From NCBI GenBank assembly GCA_048940445.1, contig JBHLON010000023.1:1-56310 (forward strand): a stretch of 56,310 nt of DNA. The letters are read 5' to 3'. This DNA is from Promethearchaeota archaeon. GTDB lineage: Archaea; Asgardarchaeota; Lokiarchaeia; Sigyniarchaeales; SOKP01. The position numbers and the translations under genes are program-made. Below are positions 52,580-56,310 of the stretch, in pieces (positions within the stretch are counted from its first letter, which is position 1; each line of letters opens with the position of its first letter). The notes under the pieces are model-generated. The model made no database searches, was not told the DNA's origin, and saw nothing but the letters and a program-made list of their open reading frames with translations.

Positions 52580-53506
52580 TTAAATTATTTTAAGGGCTGA
52601 AATTTTAGTATAATAGAGTTCTTTCTGATTAGTATAGTTATTAACTCTGGCAGCAACGTTTCGTATCCTTATATAATATCCTTCATCAATATTTTTCAGG
52701 ACGCTGATTGCTTTCATCCCCCAAATATTAACTACCACAGAACTAGAATTATCGCTTAAAAGAAGTTTTAGTAGAAAAGTCTTTTCCCCATTTTTTTTCG
52801 TAATTTCTTTAAATTCTTCGATGTGAACTTTCCCTTGAATTGCTTTAATAAATTTATACCGTTCCATTAAGTCTTCGATATTAAGAGGAACTTGAGATGT
52901 ACCTTTTTCAGAAATATTCTCTGAAGGTTTTATATTGATTAGCTTTTGCTTGGTTTGAAAATTCATGACTTCTGGAGCTAAAATAAGTTTTCCTTTTTTA
53001 CTTATGTGAACCTCAATCTCACCGTCTCTATTACTCTTTGCATAATCACCAATGACCCGTACTAGACTACCCTTTAAAGTATTATTCTGAAGAGGCGCTG
53101 CTTTCTCATCCCATACGTTAATTTTTATTTCTCCCGTCTCATCTCCTATTACAAAAGAGTTAACCAAACCTTGAGAACCATCTTTTCTAGAAAATCCTCT
53201 TTGTGGGTATATTGCTATGATCTTTCCCAATAACACGATATTGACCATTCCTTCTTTTACTTTCTCAATAGGAACAGTGAGTTCATCATAATCAATTTTT
53301 CTCTCAATTTCTTCATAAAATTTAAGATCGGTTGCAGGATCTCGTATCTCAATTCCAAGATCTTTGGCGATAAGGAAGAGAACACCTTTCTTAGATATGT
53401 ATCCACTATATTCTTTAGCTTTCTTTTGAATTGCTTTTTTCAATTGTTCCTTAGGAATTCCCGAATCCAATAATTTTTGATAAATCTCTTCAGTTGAAGA
53501 ATTCAT
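52580..53506 (-). CDS. rpa: Archaeal replication protein A / ssDNA-binding protein, two OB folds
   Basis: GYISKKGVLFLIAKDLG N-terminal domain; FSRKDGSQGLV..IGDETGEI...WD; second OB LSDNSSS...WG; ATG 53506 or GTG 53512. Confidence 0.85.
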   Translation of the reverse strand: MNSSTEEIYQKLLDSGIPKEQLKKAIQKKAKEYSGYISKKGVLFLIAKDLGIEIRDPATDLKFYEEIERKIDYDELTVPIEKVKEGMVNIVLLGKIIAIYPQRGFSRKDGSQGLVNSFVIGDETGEIKINVWDEKAAPLQNNTLKGSLVRVIGDYAKSNRDGEIEVHISKKGKLILAPEVMNFQTKQKLINIKPSENISEKGTSQVPLNIEDLMERYKFIKAIQGKVHIEEFKEITKKNGEKTFLLKLLLSDNSSSVVVNIWGMKAISVLKNIDEGYYIRIRNVAARVNNYTNQKELYYTKISALKII

Positions 53507-53535
53507 AAGCACTACAAGCTAAAGTAAGATAAGAG

Positions 53536-53552
53536 TATTTAAAGAAAAAATT
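53536..53552 (-). promoter_or_regulatory. Shared promoter motif AATTTTTTCTTTAAATA before rpa
   Basis: TATA 23-29 nt upstream of the start. Confidence 0.6.
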
Positions 53553-53568
53553 TGATATTTAGACCATT

Positions 53569-54993
53569 TTAATCAATTTTATTCAGATTCTTTTTACTTA
53601 ATTCAACACTTCTTTCTTTTAGAATGGTCGAAATTCTTTCTACATCTTTATTTATCCATTTTGTAGCAAGCAACCATAATAAACCCCCAATAATTCCAAT
53701 TCCCATAGTTATTGAGACTGTAATTTGATAATTTTGATTAAAATAGGTTAACAGAAGTCCAGCAATAATAGGTCCTGTACCACTTCCGATCATTTCTAAA
53801 AGTTGATTTGCAGAGCTTACTCTTCCTTGAGATTCAGGTAAATTAATAGCTTGTAAAATTGGAGGCTGATTAATGTTCCATATACCTACTACTCCACGTG
53901 CGAGGAATGCTAAAACACCCATGACCCAAATTATTGGAAATGAAAAAACTAACGGAAAGTTTCTTCCTTGATCTTCACTAAGATGCGGAATTGGCAGATA
54001 GAATATTATAATATAGAAACTAAATAGAAGTACGATTGATAGGATTATAAAATAAATTCGATTCTTAATATTCCTTTTTCCTAACTTATCAGAAAGTTTT
54101 GCGAGTGCTAAAGATCCAAACAAGCCTCCAGGAAGCCCAAAAATTATCATATATAAACTAGTAACAGATGAAGACATATTATGAGGATCAGATTGGATAT
54201 ACGGAATAAGTAAAAAATCTGGTACCATTAAAAGAATTGTTGTAAAAATACCCTCTACAAACGCAATGATGTTAGTGGGCGCAAAAATCGTTGACTTTAT
54301 TGTCTCTTTGGTTAACTTATATTCATATGTTGTTTCTTCATCTAATAAAATATGCTTTAATTCATCTTGTGTCGCTGCTCGTTTTGGTTCTTTCCCTTTA
54401 ATTAAAATTAAAATCCCAAAGCCAACAAATATTAACCCAGTAACCCAAAAGTATTGTCTCCAAAAAAAATTTTGAAACAATATAGCAGATATAAACATAC
54501 CAATAATTTGAAAAAATTGAAATAATGCTTGTAAAATCCCAAAGAAGAGAGATCGCTCTTTTGCCTCTGTAGAATCATTTACATATGATATGATTATGGG
54601 ATAAAAACCACCGGTAGAAAAACTTCTAATTAAATTTAAGGTTAAAAAGAAATAGAAGCTTATTAAACCTAATTCTACTGGAGCGAAACCATTAAAAAAT
54701 AACCCCAGTCCAAATATTATTTCAGATATTAGCATCAGATTTTTACGTGAGTATCTATCTGCTAAAAAGCCATATAAAATCCCAGAAAACGCCATAATAT
54801 ACATACCAGTCCCAACCAAAATTCCAAATTCACTTGAATGGAAATCTTCTCCTGGCCACATTAAATTTGAAACAAAAACAAAATTAATGAAAATCATTGA
54901 GACGGTAAATGCATAAGAATTATATAATAAGAGTGCCTGCCATACCCTCTTAAAAAGACCCTCATGTTTTCCCATATTACTCATATTAATCAA
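53569..54993 (-). CDS. MFS transporter
   Basis: Motif A GFLADRYSRK and repeat LSDKLGKR; about 12 TM segments. Confidence 0.9.
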   Translation of the reverse strand: MINMSNMGKHEGLFKRVWQALLLYNSYAFTVSMIFINFVFVSNLMWPGEDFHSSEFGILVGTGMYIMAFSGILYGFLADRYSRKNLMLISEIIFGLGLFFNGFAPVELGLISFYFFLTLNLIRSFSTGGFYPIIISYVNDSTEAKERSLFFGILQALFQFFQIIGMFISAILFQNFFWRQYFWVTGLIFVGFGILILIKGKEPKRAATQDELKHILLDEETTYEYKLTKETIKSTIFAPTNIIAFVEGIFTTILLMVPDFLLIPYIQSDPHNMSSSVTSLYMIIFGLPGGLFGSLALAKLSDKLGKRNIKNRIYFIILSIVLLFSFYIIIFYLPIPHLSEDQGRNFPLVFSFPIIWVMGVLAFLARGVVGIWNINQPPILQAINLPESQGRVSSANQLLEMIGSGTGPIIAGLLLTYFNQNYQITVSITMGIGIIGGLLWLLATKWINKDVERISTILKERSVELSKKNLNKID

Positions 54994-55414
54994 TTAATTC
55001 TTCTTTAATTTGAATGGGTTTATTCTTAAGGACCGCATTATCATCAACCTCAATAGAATCGACATAATAAACAGTTTCTAAAACTTCTATCTTAGGTCCG
55101 ATATATACTTTTCGACCTCTTACATCTTTTTCTACAAGACTATTGATTAGATTAACTTTATCTCTTCCAAAAATGCTTGCATAGAATTTATTGGGATGTT
55201 TATATATGCTTCTTTTAGTTAAACCTTTATGACCTAGTGAGATATCAAATCTATTGACATCGCCATGAACAATCAAGTTTCCCTCCCCTCTCAAGGAGCT
55301 AGAGGAATGAAACCCATCACATTCAAAAGTCCCATTTAGTTTAATTGAGCCAGAAGCATTCAGCTCATCATTAATCTTTCCCTCAGAAAGGGTGCCTGAT
55401 CCTGATATTCTCAT
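54986..55414 (-). CDS. Beta-helical bactofilin/YhbE-like protein, apparently shortened
   Basis: MRISGSG, ASGSIKLNG, LIVHGDV, VRGRKVYIG..V..VYY..IEV....V pattern; GGTGG upstream. Confidence 0.55.
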   Translation of the reverse strand: MRISGSGTLSEGKINDELNASGSIKLNGTFECDGFHSSSSLRGEGNLIVHGDVNRFDISLGHKGLTKRSIYKHPNKFYASIFGRDKVNLINSLVEKDVRGRKVYIGPKIEVLETVYYVDSIEVDDNAVLKNKPIQIKEELID

Positions 55415-55718
55415 TTTTTTCCACCCTATCTAATAATATAGTTAAATGCTATCAATTCATATCTAATATCTAAATCTTCCTTCCAATTTTCTTTCATTTC
55501 TTTTCTCTTCATTTTTCTTAATTAGATACTATTCTATTTCTTACTTTTTTATTATTTATTCGTCAATTTTGGTTAGCATAAAAAAAATTTAAAAAAATTT
55601 TATTTAATGACACATTGGGCCAGTAAGTGCTCGATTAACATCATTTCTGGCCTTATTCTTCTTATAATACTCATAACTATTTTCCATTTTTTCTTTCCAC
55701 CTTTTTTTTATTTTTTTT

Positions 55719-55829
55719 TTGTGTATTTTATTGTGTATCTTTTTGTGTATCTCTGATCTTAAATAAACACAACTCATATTTAAATATTTCGAAAATTGTG
55801 TAGAATATTGTGTATTATTTGATGTGTAT
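55719..55829. promoter_or_regulatory. Array of TTGTGTAT direct repeats flanking a TATA box
   Basis: Copies at 55719, 55731, 55743 and 55796, 55808, 55822; inverted AAACACAA at 55765; TATTTAAATA at 55777-55786. Confidence 0.7.
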
Positions 55830-56310
55830 TATTTGTTTCTATTAAAATTTTAATTAAATATTCCACAGCCCAGATTGCATTCTTAGGAAGCTGAAAAAAC
55901 TTTATGACATAAATATTCAAATACGTAAAAGATAATGGTATACTTATGAGTTTTATATTTATAAAAGGGAAAAAGTATTACATTGTCGTGAGAATCTGTA
56001 AATCCTAAATTTCTAAAGACATAATTTATTACTGTTGATTTTGAGGAGAAGTTTAATAGTGCTTTAGGGAGTACAGATAATAATGCTTCACCATTTTTTA
56101 TTATATCAGGACGCACTAATATCTTATTCTTAACCAAATCAGCCGTGCACAACCCAATATTAAGAATTATAATTACTTGTTAAATATATTCAGTCCACAT
56201 TTATAAATGAAAATTAGCGATATTGATCCAAGTTAAATTGTAATTTAGGCTTTCTTCTATGGTTAAGAAAGTAAATTCGGCACTTTTCAAAGTTTTGGAC
56301 TAATTTTTTC

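Noticed and set aside
55883-56310. 89-aa ORF at the window end
   Set aside because: TTG start without supporting signals, stops in the upstream frames and no recognisable motif; may be a pseudogene fragment but cannot be supported

Overview
AT-rich archaeal chromosomal segment, most consistent with an Asgard archaeon of the Lokiarchaeia type. This is inferred from a Loki-CTERM-like sorting signal, an exo/archaeosortase, archaeal RPA, a tungsten AOR, a roadblock/MglA pair and TTTAAATA promoters. From left to right: (1) 1-12 kb, a divergent citrate-cycle supercluster. korA (partial), NDH-2, aconitase and citrate synthase lie on the - strand; sucCD, two-subunit ATP-citrate lyase and IDH lie on the + strand. 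(2) 12-25 kb, cell-surface genes: a p24/GOLD-like type I membrane protein, a solute-binding protein on an Ig-like stalk, an unannotated decayed copy of that stalk+anchor, a beta-propeller with Loki-CTERM, and an archaeosortase fused to a winged-helix-like domain. (3) 25-37 kb, a corrinoid/MtaA pair, then a ~10 kb accessory redox block bracketed by two copies of a 70-bp non-coding element. (4) 37-45 kb, a divergent arginine-synthetase(ArcE)-like gene, AOR, a fused Fe-S/flavin amino-acid dehydrogenase pair and a protist-type OTC. (5) 45-56 kb, Zn-finger and membrane hypotheticals and an RPA / MglB / MglA / HEPN-like / Zn-finger cluster sharing one promoter motif, followed by an MFS, a bactofilin-like gene and a direct-repeat operator array. 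No rRNA, tRNA, CRISPR array or transposase was recognised. All family calls come from motif recognition, not database searches.
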